Source of the DNA: Thermoanaerobaculia bacterium
GTDB taxonomy: Bacteria; Acidobacteriota; Thermoanaerobaculia; UBA5066
Assembly (NCBI GenBank): GCA_963816185.1
Contig: CAWFJJ010000024.1
Coordinates: 512,001-576,000 of the forward strand
Direction of reading: 5' to 3'
Length of the DNA stretch: 64,000 nucleotides
Shown one piece after another: positions 1 through 9,902 of this stretch. A program made the translations under genes and the position numbers. Positions within the stretch are counted from its first letter, which is position 1. The number at the start of each line of letters is the position of its first letter. The notes under the pieces were generated by a model, which saw only the letters and a list, made by a program, of their open reading frames with translations, did no database searches and was not told the DNA's origin.

Positions 1-2
1 CG

Positions 3-1070
3 GCCCTCACGATCGGATTCGCCCGTCGCTTCGCGACCTACAAGCGTGCCACGCTGATCTTTCACGATCCCGACCGGATCGGGCGGCTCCTGGGCGACGA
101 GCGCCGGCCGGTGCAGATCCTCTTCGCGGGGAAGGCGCACCCGAAGGACGAGCCCGGCAAGGAGTTCCTGAGGCGGGTCGGGGAGTTCGCGACGCTTCCG
201 GAGTTCCGGGATCGCGTCGTCCTCCTCGACGACCACGACATGCGGCTGGCCCGCCTTCTCGTCTCGGGCTCGGACGTCTGGCTGAACAACCCGGTCCGGC
301 CGTTCGAGGCCTCGGGGACGTCGGGCATGAAAGCCGCGATGAACGGAGTCCTGAATCTGTCCGTCCTCGACGGCTGGTGGGACGAGGCTCCGCGCGACGG
401 GACCGGCTTCACGATGGGCGACGACACGGACGGGCGGGCGGACGACGACGTCGCGAGCGAGCTGTACGAGAAGCTCGAAAGCGAGGTCATCCCGCTTTTC
501 TACGATCGGCCCGGGGGGGACCGCTCACAGATGCCGGCAGGCTGGGTCGAGCGCATGGCCGCCGCCGCCTCCCGGCTCGGGCGGATGTTCTCGTCGGACC
601 GCATGCTCGGCGATTACCTCGAGATCTCGTACGCGCCCGCGGCCGAGCGCGTGCGTCGCCTCTCCGAGGACGCTGACAAGGGCGCGAAGGACCTGGCCGC
701 CTGGAAAGCGAGGACGCGCGTCGCCTGGGATGCGGTGGAGTTCGTGTCGGTGACGCTCGATCCGGCGGATCCGGCGCGCGTCTCGCCAGGCAACACATTC
801 CGCGTCGAGATCCACCTCCGTCTCGGGGAGCTCGGGCCCGAGGACCTCGCGGTCGACTGGTTCGAAGGCGAGATGGACCGCAGCGGAGGAGTCGACGCCG
901 GCTACTCGACGCCCCTTGCCTTCGTCGAGCGCCGCGACGGCACGGCGACGTGGGTCGGTACGGTCCAGCGTCCCGCCGACGACCGTCTGGGCTACTCGGT
1001 GCGCGTGCGCCCCCGGCACCCGCTGCTGCTCCACCCGAACGAGACCGGCCTCGTCCTCTGGGCGGAGTAG
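3..1070 (+). CDS. glgP: Alpha-glucan (glycogen/maltodextrin) phosphorylase, C-terminal part, 5'-truncated by the window edge
   Basis: Frame open from base 3: LTIGFARRFATYKRA, FAGKAHPKD, DVWLNNP, PLP-lysine motif EASGTSGMKAAMNG, LSVLDGWW. Confidence 0.95.
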   Translation, partial: ALTIGFARRFATYKRATLIFHDPDRIGRLLGDERRPVQILFAGKAHPKDEPGKEFLRRVGEFATLPEFRDRVVLLDDHDMRLARLLVSGSDVWLNNPVRPFEASGTSGMKAAMNGVLNLSVLDGWWDEAPRDGTGFTMGDDTDGRADDDVASELYEKLESEVIPLFYDRPGGDRSQMPAGWVERMAAAASRLGRMFSSDRMLGDYLEISYAPAAERVRRLSEDADKGAKDLAAWKARTRVAWDAVEFVSVTLDPADPARVSPGNTFRVEIHLRLGELGPEDLAVDWFEGEMDRSGGVDAGYSTPLAFVERRDGTATWVGTVQRPADDRLGYSVRVRPRHPLLLHPNETGLVLWAE

Positions 1071-1257
1071 CGCCTCGGGAGATCCAACGTTGGCTTCGTT
1101 CCATTTGGTAAGTCATCTCGCCTCAGCGGCTGTCACGTAGAGCCGTCGCCGTCGTGCCGAACTTCCGTCAAATGAAGCGGCAGAGCGTCCGCGTGGACGA
1201 ATAGCCGAGCCTTTTTGCTATCTCCTTCAGTGGCAAAGGCGAACCTCGCAGTTACAT

Positions 1258-1325
1258 CGCCAACTTCGAGGTGAAGACCCAAGGCGAGCGCAGCGAGGGT
1301 GCCCCAGCGCGAGGGGTCGGTGGCG
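1258..1325 (-). repeat. Degenerate attC-like palindromic site
   Basis: Minus strand CGCCACC...GTTGGCG with an internal CTCGCTGCGCTCGCC arm, just downstream of the SDR stop. Confidence 0.4.
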
Positions 1326-1341
1326 ATCCGTTTGGAGGGGA

Positions 1342-2286
1342 CTACGTCGCAGTGCGGTACTCGCCTCGGCGGTTTCGCCGGCGTGCCATTTCGCTGGAAT
1401 AGTGGATACCGAGGAGCGAGGCGTGGTCCGCCGCCCAGGATGAAAGGGGCGTTGTGCCCGTGGGCGGTGCGTCGACCACGAGGAGGTCGGCCATGAGACC
1501 TTCGATTTCGGGCTTCGTGATGACCACGTCACCGACGAGATGGCCGAGGGCCCAGCCGACGCCATAACCGAGGGATGGAGGGATGGAAAGGATCGGACGG
1601 ACCCTGCCAATGGCGCGACCAATGGTCTCAACGAGAGACCGGTAAGTGAAGGTTTCTGGCCCGATGGCGTTGATGACGGTGCTGTCGATCCCAGCGCCCT
1701 GCGTTACCGCGAGGGAGGCAAGGTCGTCTACGAAGATGGGCTGGAGCCGGTACTGACCCGTGCCGAAGACACCGAAGACGGGAAAACGGCGTAGAAGCCA
1801 CGCGATGTTGTTGATGAGGATGTCCTGCTCGCCGAAGAGGACCGTGGGGCGCAGGATCGCGTAAGAGAGGCCGCACTCGTACAGGGCGCGCTCCAGGACG
1901 GCCTTGCCGTGAAAGTACTCGAGTTGCGAACTCTCGGATGGATTCGTGATGCTGACGTGCACGACCCGTTGAACACCTGCCTCTTTCGCGGCGCGGAATA
2001 GGGTCAGGGTGTTCTCAACGGCGACGGAATGCTGAAACGCAGGCGAGTTGAAGCGAACCCAATAGGTGTTGTAGAGCACCGTGGCGCCTTTCAGGGAGTC
2101 GACGAGGCGCTCAGGTCGATCGAAGTTGAATGGGTGAGCCTCTACACGGCCTTGTAGAGGACTCGGGCGATTGAGGGAGTTGGTGATGGTTCGGACCCGC
2201 GCGCCTGTCTTGAGTAGGCGCGATGCGATGTAGCTGCCGGAATAGCCGAATGCGCCGGTAACGACGTGAAAAGGTGCATCCGGCAT
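1342..2286 (-). CDS. NAD(P)-dependent epimerase/dehydratase (atypical SDR)
   Basis: VVTGAFGYSG Rossmann motif, YFHGK (YxxxK), ILRPTVLFG; lower GC than neighbours. Confidence 0.9.
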   Translation of the reverse strand: MPDAPFHVVTGAFGYSGSYIASRLLKTGARVRTITNSLNRPSPLQGRVEAHPFNFDRPERLVDSLKGATVLYNTYWVRFNSPAFQHSVAVENTLTLFRAAKEAGVQRVVHVSITNPSESSQLEYFHGKAVLERALYECGLSYAILRPTVLFGEQDILINNIAWLLRRFPVFGVFGTGQYRLQPIFVDDLASLAVTQGAGIDSTVINAIGPETFTYRSLVETIGRAIGRVRPILSIPPSLGYGVGWALGHLVGDVVITKPEIEGLMADLLVVDAPPTGTTPLSSWAADHASLLGIHYSSEMARRRNRRGEYRTAT

Positions 2287-2323
2287 AAATGCCTCCGAAT
2301 TTGATACGGAGAGAGGTGACGCC

Positions 2324-2383
2324 GTCTGACGATATCAGACTCAGCCGCGGGCGTAGCGAATTCGCTGCGGGGAAAGGTTAGCT
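2324..2383 (-). repeat. attC-like integron cassette recombination site (60 nt)
   Basis: R'' AGCTAAC containing the upstream ORF stop TAA, L''/L'-like CCGCAGC...GCTGAG, R' GTCAGAC (one mismatch to GTTRRRY). Confidence 0.6.
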
Positions 2384-2984
2384 GGCGATCGAATCGACGG
2401 CTAGACGATGCCAGTGGTACTTCATGTCGCGGACATAGAAGATTGAGTCGAGGCGCGCCTCGGATCCTGAGAACAGCAGGCCTGAATACATGGCCTCGTA
2501 GACGCCGAGCTGGTCGGTCACAACTTGGCTGTCCCATGGATTGCGAGCGATGCGAACGACCTCGACGCGATTGGGATACCTCCGAGCGCCGATCTGAGCT
2601 TTGCCAGTTGACGTGTGCACGATTGAAGCGAAAGAAGGTGAAGGCATTCCCGGCTGCAACCATGATGGCGTTGTCGGCATCACTCCGCAGGAACGTCACT
2701 CCGCGCTCGCGACCGCATCTGACGACAGCCCGATAGACCACCTGTGTGTAGGTCGTACCGAGCCGTGGAGGCACGAACGATGGCCTCATGTGGTCCATTA
2801 GCGCTATGACAATGGAAACGAAGGCGTATGGACCGTACTGGTCTGGAACGAGGTGATCGGGTAGATGGCGCCGAAGGGCGGAAAAAGCGACCGCGAAGTT
2901 GACCAGAAAGCAATGCCGGAAGCTGGTCTTCATCGGCACTGGATGGAGTGGGAGGAATCGCATTACGGGGCGACTTTGAGCCAT
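2378..2984 (-). pseudogene. DUF2071/YqjF-like protein, frameshifted or internally deleted near 2600
   Basis: N-terminal frame (FRHCFLVNFAV...TYTQVVYRAVV...GVTFLRSDAD) and C-terminal frame (RVEVVRIARNPW...LDSIFYVRDMKYHWHR) are different reading frames. Confidence 0.65.
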
Positions 2985-3025
2985 TCGACGATTTCAAGCT
3001 CAGAGGCGAGCGTAGCGAGGCCCCG
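2983..3025 (-). repeat. 3' half of an attC-like site
   Basis: Minus strand CTCGCTACGCTCGCCTCTGAGCTTGAAATC-GTCGAAT; 2995-3019 matches 27503-27527 at 23/25 nt. Confidence 0.5.
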
Positions 3026-3050
3026 GCGAACAACCTCCTAAGTCTTCATA

Positions 3051-4118
3051 CTAGTTCCCCGTAACAGCTGAAGTGCGAGCAACGTTGATGCGCGTCGAGG
3101 GATCCGAGTAGGTCCACTTGATGGGCGTGGCTGAGCGGTTGTAGGCGCGGATGTAGCGCATCAGCTTCCGAGCGAGATCGCCTTTGGAGGTGAAGACGCC
3201 ACGGGCGATAACGTGACGCTCGATCCTCGAGAACCAGATTTCGACCTGATTCAGCCACGAGGAATAGGTCGGCGTGAAGTGCAGATGGACGTTGGGGTGC
3301 TCCGAAAGGAACAGCTCGACGCGCTTTGTCTTATGCGCCGAGAGGTTGTCGGCAATGATGTGGATCTCCCGGCCTCGGCGCTCGCTGGCGACCACCTGCG
3401 CGAGAAAAGCCACGAACTGCTCGGTGGTGTGCCGCTGGGTCGTTCTTCCCAGAACCTCGCCTGTCTTCGTGTTCAGAGCCGCATAGAGCGAGAGCGTGCC
3501 GTGCCGGTAGTACTCGAATCCGTGGCGCTCGATTCGGCCCGGCGAAAGCGGCAGGACCGGGTCGAGACGATCGAGAGCCTGAATGGCGGTCTTCTCATCG
3601 ACGCAGAACACCGCGGCGTGCTGAGGCGGATTGAGATAGAGGCCAATGACGTCGGCGGCCTTCGACTCGAACTCGGGATCGTCCGACGTCATGTATCGCT
3701 TCATCCGGTGCGGCTTGACCCCGGCTCGCGCCCACGCCCGCGCCACGAGCATGTGGTTGACCCCCATCGCCTCGGCCAAACGCCGCGTGCTCCAGTGGGT
3801 CGATCCGTCCGTCGGCTTCTGCCTGGTTTTCTCGAGAATCTTCGCCTGAAGCCTCGGCGTCAGGACTCTGGCCTTCGAGCCGCAGTGGCGCGAGTAGAGG
3901 CCAGCCAATCTCTCAGCCTCAAAGCGCCTCTTCCACCTGCTGACGTAGCCCGGGTCGCAGCCCAGCGCCGCCTGCACCGCCGCGTAGCTTTCGCCTCGGG
4001 CCAGCATCAGAACCAGCCGAGCCCTACGGGCATCCTCGGCGCGCAGTCGTCTCGAGCGGCATCGGGATTCAAGCTCTTCACGCTCGACCGTCGTCAGAGA
4101 AAGCACGTCTCGAATCAT
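3051..4118 (-). CDS. IS630-family transposase
   Basis: N-terminal HTH, THWSTRRLA, DDE motifs VDEK, IADNLSAHK, PTYSSWLNQVEIWF. Confidence 0.95.
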   Translation of the reverse strand: MIRDVLSLTTVEREELESRCRSRRLRAEDARRARLVLMLARGESYAAVQAALGCDPGYVSRWKRRFEAERLAGLYSRHCGSKARVLTPRLQAKILEKTRQKPTDGSTHWSTRRLAEAMGVNHMLVARAWARAGVKPHRMKRYMTSDDPEFESKAADVIGLYLNPPQHAAVFCVDEKTAIQALDRLDPVLPLSPGRIERHGFEYYRHGTLSLYAALNTKTGEVLGRTTQRHTTEQFVAFLAQVVASERRGREIHIIADNLSAHKTKRVELFLSEHPNVHLHFTPTYSSWLNQVEIWFSRIERHVIARGVFTSKGDLARKLMRYIRAYNRSATPIKWTYSDPSTRINVARTSAVTGN

Positions 4119-4170
4119 GCCTCTCTAACGCAAACACGATCCTATTTGTTCCAGCGTTACAGAACACTAG
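3051..4170 (-). mobile_element. IS630-family insertion sequence
   Basis: CTAG at both ends (3051-3054, 4167-4170); imperfect terminal inverted repeats CTAGTTCCCCGTAACAGCTG / CTAGTGTTCTGTAACGCTGG. Confidence 0.9.
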
Positions 4171-4817
4171 TGCTTCGCGATCGCGAGCTGGAACGACAGG
4201 TTCTCGAGGAAGAACGTGAGGTCGAGGTTCTTCACGAGGACGCCGGGAAGCGCGGGCACCGTCACGGGGGCAAAATTGAGGATGGCGCGAATGCCTGCCG
4301 CAGCCATCCGCTGCGCGAGCGGAATCGCGCCTTCGGCCGGGATCGCGAGAATTCCGATCTCGATCCCCAGCTCCGTCACGAAGGCCTCGAGCGCCTGAAC
4401 GTCGTGGATCGGGACGCCCGTGCGCGAGCGCCCGCCGATCTTCCGGCCGTCCACGTCGAAGAGCGCGGCCACCCGAAAGCCCTCGGCGTTGAAGTTCGGG
4501 GAGTCGGCGAGGGCCTGGCCGAGCTTTCCCGCGCCCGCGATGCCGAGAGCGTGCGTGACGTCGAGGCCCATGAGGACCTTGAGGTGGGTCTTGAGATCGG
4601 CGACGCGGTATCCGACGCCCCTGACGCCGAACTCGCCGAACTGCGCGAGGTCCTTCCGGATCTGGGCGGAGTTGAGCGAAAAACGCTCGGCGATCTCGTA
4701 GGACGAGGCCGTGAGGATCCCGGCCGCCTCGAGACTGCGCAGCGAGCGCAGGAGAAGAGAGAGGCGGTGGCTCGTCGCTTCCGGAACCGGCTCGGTCCTC
4801 GGCTCGGTTCTCTTCAC
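4167..4817 (-). CDS. rex: Redox-sensing transcriptional repressor Rex
   Basis: SAQIRKDLAQFGEFGVRGVGY winged helix, GAGKLG NADH-binding loop, ILNFAP; GTG start 2 nt after the nuoN stop. Confidence 0.95.
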   Translation of the reverse strand: MKRTEPRTEPVPEATSHRLSLLLRSLRSLEAAGILTASSYEIAERFSLNSAQIRKDLAQFGEFGVRGVGYRVADLKTHLKVLMGLDVTHALGIAGAGKLGQALADSPNFNAEGFRVAALFDVDGRKIGGRSRTGVPIHDVQALEAFVTELGIEIGILAIPAEGAIPLAQRMAAAGIRAILNFAPVTVPALPGVLVKNLDLTFFLENLSFQLAIAKH

Positions 4818-4819
4818 GC

Positions 4820-6280
4820 CTATCGTCCCGCGAACGTGGCCGCGGCGCCGCGCGCGACCTCGAGGAGAGCGCGTGGGAAGACGCCCCACGCCAGCATGAG
4901 CGCGGCCGTGATCAGGAATGCGGCGCCCGAGAGGAGATCTTCGGGCACGAGGGAGACCTCTCGGACCGGCTCCTTCATCCAGAGGACGTAGACGACGCGG
5001 AGGTAGTACCCCACGGAGATCAGGCTCCCGAGGACACCGACGAGCGCGAGCCCCACGAGGCCGGCGTCGACGGCCGCGCGGAAGACGAGGAGCTTGCCGA
5101 TGAATCCCACCGTGGGGGGAAGGCCCGCGAGAGAGAGCATCGAAAGGGTCAGGGCCGAGGCCGCAACGGGATGCCGGCGGCCGAGGCCCGCGAGATCGCC
5201 GAGGGGATGGGGCTCCTTTTCGCCGGCCGAAAGCGCCGCGACGGCGAGGAAGGCGGCAGCGTTCGTGACGACGTAGCCCGCAAGGAAAACGAGCACGCCT
5301 TCGAACGCCTCCGGCGTCAGAGTCGCGACGGCGATCGCCGCGTAGCCCATCTGCGCGATGCCGGAGTAGGCGAGCATCCGCTTGAGGTCCCGCTGGGAAA
5401 GAGCCACGACGTTGCCGAACAGAATGGAGAGGACCGCAATGATCGAGAACAGCGGTCGCCACGGTTCTGGCAAGGAGAGAGGGAAGAGCGCGTGGAGAAC
5501 GCGAAAAAGGACGAGAAGCGCGCCCACCTTCGGGGCCGTCGAGAGAAACGTCACGGCCGGCGTCGTCATGCCCTGATAGACGTCCGGCGCCCACCCGTGA
5601 AAAGGCACGAGCGCGATCTTGAACGAGAGCGCCGCGACGATCGCAAGGAGCCCCGCCGCGAGAAGCAGGTCGAAAGGCACCGGTGAATTGCTCGACGCGA
5701 GTCCCTGGAGCCTCGTGAGGCGTGTCGTGCCGAGACGGCCATAGACCGTGGCGACGCCATAGAGCAGGAAAGCAGAGGCGAGCGCGCCCATGAGGAAGTA
5801 TTTCAGCGCCGCTTCCGTCGCGGCGGGAACGTCCCGGTACCACGCGGCGAGAACGTAGAGCGCGAGCGACATCAGCTCGAGGCCGAGAAAGACGACGAGA
5901 AGGTCCACGCCGCGCACCATCAGGATCAAGCCGGTCGCCGAGAAGAGGAGAAGGGCGTAGAACTCTCCCTGGTTGCGGCGGTCGCGCTCGAGCGCGGCCG
6001 CCCCGCCGAGCACCGCGAGGGCCACGGCTCCGAGGGCGACGAGCTCGATGAAGCGCGAGAGGCCGGAGGACTCCACCGCTCCGCCGAAGAACGTCCCGGT
6101 CACATCCCTCCCCGCGAGATTCGCGAGCGCGAGCGCAAGGAGCGTCACGTAGGGGAAAAAGCCCCTCAGGGGCCGTGCGAAGGCGTCGAGGAGAAGAATG
6201 AGAGACGCGAAGAGAGCGAGGACGAGCTCCGGCGCCACGCAGGCGAAGTCCGCGCCTGTGACCTGAAGGAAGCCGGTCAT
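4820..6280 (-). CDS. nuoN: NADH-quinone oxidoreductase subunit N
   Basis: EAALKYFLMG, FKIALVPFHGWAPDVYQG, KRMLAYSGIAQMGY, SLAGLPPTVGFIGK; ATGA overlap with nuoM. Confidence 0.95.
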   Translation of the reverse strand: MTGFLQVTGADFACVAPELVLALFASLILLLDAFARPLRGFFPYVTLLALALANLAGRDVTGTFFGGAVESSGLSRFIELVALGAVALAVLGGAAALERDRRNQGEFYALLLFSATGLILMVRGVDLLVVFLGLELMSLALYVLAAWYRDVPAATEAALKYFLMGALASAFLLYGVATVYGRLGTTRLTRLQGLASSNSPVPFDLLLAAGLLAIVAALSFKIALVPFHGWAPDVYQGMTTPAVTFLSTAPKVGALLVLFRVLHALFPLSLPEPWRPLFSIIAVLSILFGNVVALSQRDLKRMLAYSGIAQMGYAAIAVATLTPEAFEGVLVFLAGYVVTNAAAFLAVAALSAGEKEPHPLGDLAGLGRRHPVAASALTLSMLSLAGLPPTVGFIGKLLVFRAAVDAGLVGLALVGVLGSLISVGYYLRVVYVLWMKEPVREVSLVPEDLLSGAAFLITAALMLAWGVFPRALLEVARGAAATFAGR

Positions 6281-7899
6281 CGGGCGGTTTCCTCTCGCGG
6301 CGCGGGCAGCTCGTGCACCGCGAGGCGCTTGAAAGCTTCGTTCGCGACGGGATGTGAGAGCACCGCCTCCGCGCTCGGCGTGCCCACGCGCTGAAGGGTC
6401 TTCACGCTGCCGTCCACGAGCGTCAGCAGCGGCCTCGGGAAGACGCCGAGCAGGACGATGAGGACGATGAGAGGAAACGCGCCCGCCAGCTCCCAGCCGT
6501 TGATGTCCGTGAGGGAGCGGTTCGCGGGGACGGTCTCGGGCCCCCAGAACACCTTCTGGATGAGCGTCAGGAGATAGATCGCGCCGAGGACCATGCCGGT
6601 CGTCGCGATCGCCGCCCAGGCGACCTTCACCTGGAACACGCCGCCGAGGATCAGGAACTCGCCGACGAATCCGTTCAGACCGGGCAGGCCGATGGAGCCG
6701 AGCGTCGCGATGAGGAAGAGCGTGGTCGTCACGGGAACGCGTGCCGCGATTCCGCCGAAGTCGGCCATCTCGCGCGTGTGGCGGCGGGAGTACAGGACGC
6801 CTACGAGAAGGAACAGGAGGCCGGTCGTGAGCCCGTGGCCCACCATCTGGAAGACGGCGCCGGAGAGCGCGGCGGGAGTGCCCGCGACGATGCCGAGCAC
6901 GACGAGCGCGAGGTGGCTCACGGACGAGTACGCGACGAGCTTCTTCATGTCCTTCTGCGCGGCGGCGACCCAGGCCCCGTAGACGATGCCCACGAGCGCG
7001 AGGACGGCGAGAAGCGGGCCGTACCGGGCCGCGGCGTGCGGGAACAGCGGGTACGCGAAGCGCAGGAGGCCGTACGTCCCGAGCTTGAGAAGGACGCCCG
7101 CGAGGATGATCGAGCCGCCCGTCGGCGCCTCTACGTGCGCGTCCGGAAGCCACGTGTGGAGCGGCCAGAGCGGCACCTTCACGAGAAACGCGAGCGTGAA
7201 CGCGCCGAAGAGAAGCGCCTCGGTGCCCGGCGTCAGGTTCCAGGCGCCCGAGGACGCGGCCCGCGTCCACTCGGCGAGCGAGAACGACTGGAAGCCGGTC
7301 GCCTTGAGGTGGACGTTCGCCGCGAAGAGGATCGCGACGAACATGAGGAGCGAGCCCGCCATCGTGAAGAGAAAGAACTTCATCGTGGCGTAAATGCGGC
7401 GCTTGCCGCCCCAGATGCCGATGATGAAGTACATCGGCACGAGCATCACTTCCCAGAAGACGTAGAAAAGGAGCGTGTCGAGGGCGACGAGGCTTCCCAG
7501 CATCCCCGTCTCGAGGAGGAGGAACGCGGCGACGTAGCCCTTGAGCTTCTCGATCTTCTCCCCGCACGAGAAGAGGAGGACCGAAACCGTGAGCACCGTC
7601 GTGAGGAGCACGAGCGCAAGGGAAAGGCCGTCGACGCCGAGCTGGTAACGGATCCCGAAGCGCGGGATCCACGGGCGGTCGATCGCGAAAGCGGTCGGCG
7701 TCGCGGTGGCCGTGTCGAAGCCCCGATACATGAGGACGCTGACGCCGAAGGTGAGGAGGGACGTCGCGAGGCCGACCGCCTTCGCCCCGGCCTTCGAGGA
7801 GGCCGGGAAGAACGCGAGCACGAGGGCGCCCAACGTCGGGAGGAAGACGAGCGTCGTGAGGAGGTCCGCGCCGAGGGGGTGGAAGGTCGCGAAGCTCAT
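6277..7899 (-). CDS. nuoM: NADH-quinone oxidoreductase subunit M
   Basis: FYVFWEVMLVPMY, PLHTWLPDAHVEAPTGGS, GLPGLNGFVGEF. Confidence 0.97.
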   Translation of the reverse strand: MSFATFHPLGADLLTTLVFLPTLGALVLAFFPASSKAGAKAVGLATSLLTFGVSVLMYRGFDTATATPTAFAIDRPWIPRFGIRYQLGVDGLSLALVLLTTVLTVSVLLFSCGEKIEKLKGYVAAFLLLETGMLGSLVALDTLLFYVFWEVMLVPMYFIIGIWGGKRRIYATMKFFLFTMAGSLLMFVAILFAANVHLKATGFQSFSLAEWTRAASSGAWNLTPGTEALLFGAFTLAFLVKVPLWPLHTWLPDAHVEAPTGGSIILAGVLLKLGTYGLLRFAYPLFPHAAARYGPLLAVLALVGIVYGAWVAAAQKDMKKLVAYSSVSHLALVVLGIVAGTPAALSGAVFQMVGHGLTTGLLFLLVGVLYSRRHTREMADFGGIAARVPVTTTLFLIATLGSIGLPGLNGFVGEFLILGGVFQVKVAWAAIATTGMVLGAIYLLTLIQKVFWGPETVPANRSLTDINGWELAGAFPLIVLIVLLGVFPRPLLTLVDGSVKTLQRVGTPSAEAVLSHPVANEAFKRLAVHELPAPREETAR

Positions 7900-7903
7900 C
7901 GGC

Positions 7904-9895
7904 CTATCTCACCCACACGTAGACGAGGAACGCGGCGACGCCCAGCGTGAACGCGAGAGCGTAGTTGCGGACGTGCCCCGTCGTGAAGAAGCGCAGGAGG
8001 TCGCCTGCAAGCTCCACGAGGAACGCCGAGGCGTTCGCGATGCCGTCGATGAAGAGAGCGTCGAATCCCCGCCAGAGGAACGTCCCGATCTTCCGGAACG
8101 GCGAGAGGACGAGCGCCTCGATGCCCTCGTCCACGTTCCACTTGTTCGCCACGAGGCGGCCGAGGGCGCCGCTCTTCTCGTAGAAGGCGTGTGCCTGCGG
8201 CGAGACGGCCTCCGCCGGTCCGTCGGCCCTGCCGTACCAGCGCCACGCCCAGACGAGGCCGGCCACGGCGACGCCGAGGGAGAGGAGCATGAGGCCGATC
8301 TCGAGAGAGTGCGACATCTCGTGGATCTGGGGATGCGCGACGGACGCCTCGAGGAAACGCCCGATCCGATCGGAGCCGCCGAGGGCCGCCGGGACGCCGA
8401 GGAGGCCGGCGACGACGGAGAGGGCGGCGAGGATCCAGAGGGGCACGGTCATCGTCGCGGGGCTTTCGTGGGCGTGCTCTGCACCGCCGCGCGCCCTTCC
8501 GAGAAACGTCATCGAGACGAGACGGAACATGTAGAACGCCGTGAGGCCCGCCGTGAACAGGCCGACCGTATAGAGAGCCCAGTGGCCCGAGGCCGCGGCC
8601 GAGCCGAGAATCAGGTCTTTCGAGAAGAAGCCCGCGAGCGGAAAGATGCCGGCGATCGCGAGGGTCGCGACGAGCATCGTCCGGAACGTCTGCGGGATCC
8701 GGGCGGCCAGGCCGCCCATCTGCCGCATGTCCTGCTCGTGATGCATGGACATGATGACGGAGCCGGAGCCGAGGAAGAGGCAGGCCTTGAAGAACGAGTG
8801 CGTGAACACGTGGAAGATCCCGGCCGAGAAGGCGCCCACGCCGCACGCGAGGAACATGTAACCGAGCTGCGAGACCGTCGAGTACGCGAGCACCTTCTTG
8901 ATGTCGTTCTGCGCGAGGCCGATCGTCGCCGCGAAGATCGCCGTGCCCGCCCCGATCCACGCCACGAGCGTCAGCGCATCCGGCGCGAGGACGAAGAGCG
9001 CACTGCACCGCGCGACGAGGTAGACGCCCGCCGTCACCATCGTCGCGGCATGGATGAGAGCCGAGACGGGCGTCGGGCCCGCCATCGCGTCCGGAAGCCA
9101 GACGTAGAGCGGGATCTGCGCGCTCTTGCCGCAGGCTCCGAGGAAAAGAAGGACGCAGACGGCGTAGACGCCGAGCGGCGCATTGCCCGCGAGCACCTGG
9201 CGCCTCGCGAGGTCCACGAACGAGAAGTCGGCCGTGCCGAAGAGCGCGAACACGCCGAAGATGCCGAGGACCATTCCGAAATCGCCGACGCGGTTCGCGA
9301 TGAACGCCTTCTTGCCGGCCGCCGCCGCGAAGTCCTTGTCGTAGGAGTAACCGATGAGGAGGTACGAGCACAGGCCCACGCCTTCCCAGCCCACGAAGAG
9401 CAGCGGCAGGTTGTCCGCGAGGACGAGCATGAGCATCGCGAACATGAACAGGTTCAAGAACGAGAAGTACCGCCCGTACCCTTCGTCCTTCTGCATGTAG
9501 CCGACGCTGTAGACGTGGATGAGCGTTCCCACGAACGTGACGAACGACAGCATCAGGGCCGAAAGGGCGTCGAGGCGGAACGCGACGTCCACCGAGTAGG
9601 TGCCCGCCGCCATCCACGTGTAGACGTGCTGGACGACGGGCGGGATCCCCTCGGCGCTCTTCAGCGATTGGAGGACGTAGGGGACGAGCGCCGCGAAAGA
9701 CACCGCGGTGGCGAGACCCACCGAGCCCACGCCCACGACGCCGTGGAAGAGCCGCTGGGCGTAGGGCAGAGGCGCGAGCGGATGATCCGCGCCCGATTCC
9801 TTCTCGGCGCGGCTCGAGCTCGCCACGAGCGCGACGAGGCCGTTCAGGAGGAAGCCCGCGAGCGGAAGAAGGGGGATGAGCCAGAGCTGATTCAT
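7904..9895 (-). CDS. nuoL: NADH-quinone oxidoreductase subunit L
   Basis: GWEGVGLCSYLLIG, GKSAQIPLYVWLPDAMAGPTPVSALIHAATMV. Confidence 0.97.
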   Translation of the reverse strand: MNQLWLIPLLPLAGFLLNGLVALVASSSRAEKESGADHPLAPLPYAQRLFHGVVGVGSVGLATAVSFAALVPYVLQSLKSAEGIPPVVQHVYTWMAAGTYSVDVAFRLDALSALMLSFVTFVGTLIHVYSVGYMQKDEGYGRYFSFLNLFMFAMLMLVLADNLPLLFVGWEGVGLCSYLLIGYSYDKDFAAAAGKKAFIANRVGDFGMVLGIFGVFALFGTADFSFVDLARRQVLAGNAPLGVYAVCVLLFLGACGKSAQIPLYVWLPDAMAGPTPVSALIHAATMVTAGVYLVARCSALFVLAPDALTLVAWIGAGTAIFAATIGLAQNDIKKVLAYSTVSQLGYMFLACGVGAFSAGIFHVFTHSFFKACLFLGSGSVIMSMHHEQDMRQMGGLAARIPQTFRTMLVATLAIAGIFPLAGFFSKDLILGSAAASGHWALYTVGLFTAGLTAFYMFRLVSMTFLGRARGGAEHAHESPATMTVPLWILAALSVVAGLLGVPAALGGSDRIGRFLEASVAHPQIHEMSHSLEIGLMLLSLGVAVAGLVWAWRWYGRADGPAEAVSPQAHAFYEKSGALGRLVANKWNVDEGIEALVLSPFRKIGTFLWRGFDALFIDGIANASAFLVELAGDLLRFFTTGHVRNYALAFTLGVAAFLVYVWVR

Positions 9896-9902
9896 GCGCG
9901 GC

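Noticed and set aside
4818-5843. 558-aa extended Rex, and similarly extended NuoN/H/J/F ORFs
   Set aside because: The extensions overlap upstream genes out of frame; coupled starts at the stop codons are evident
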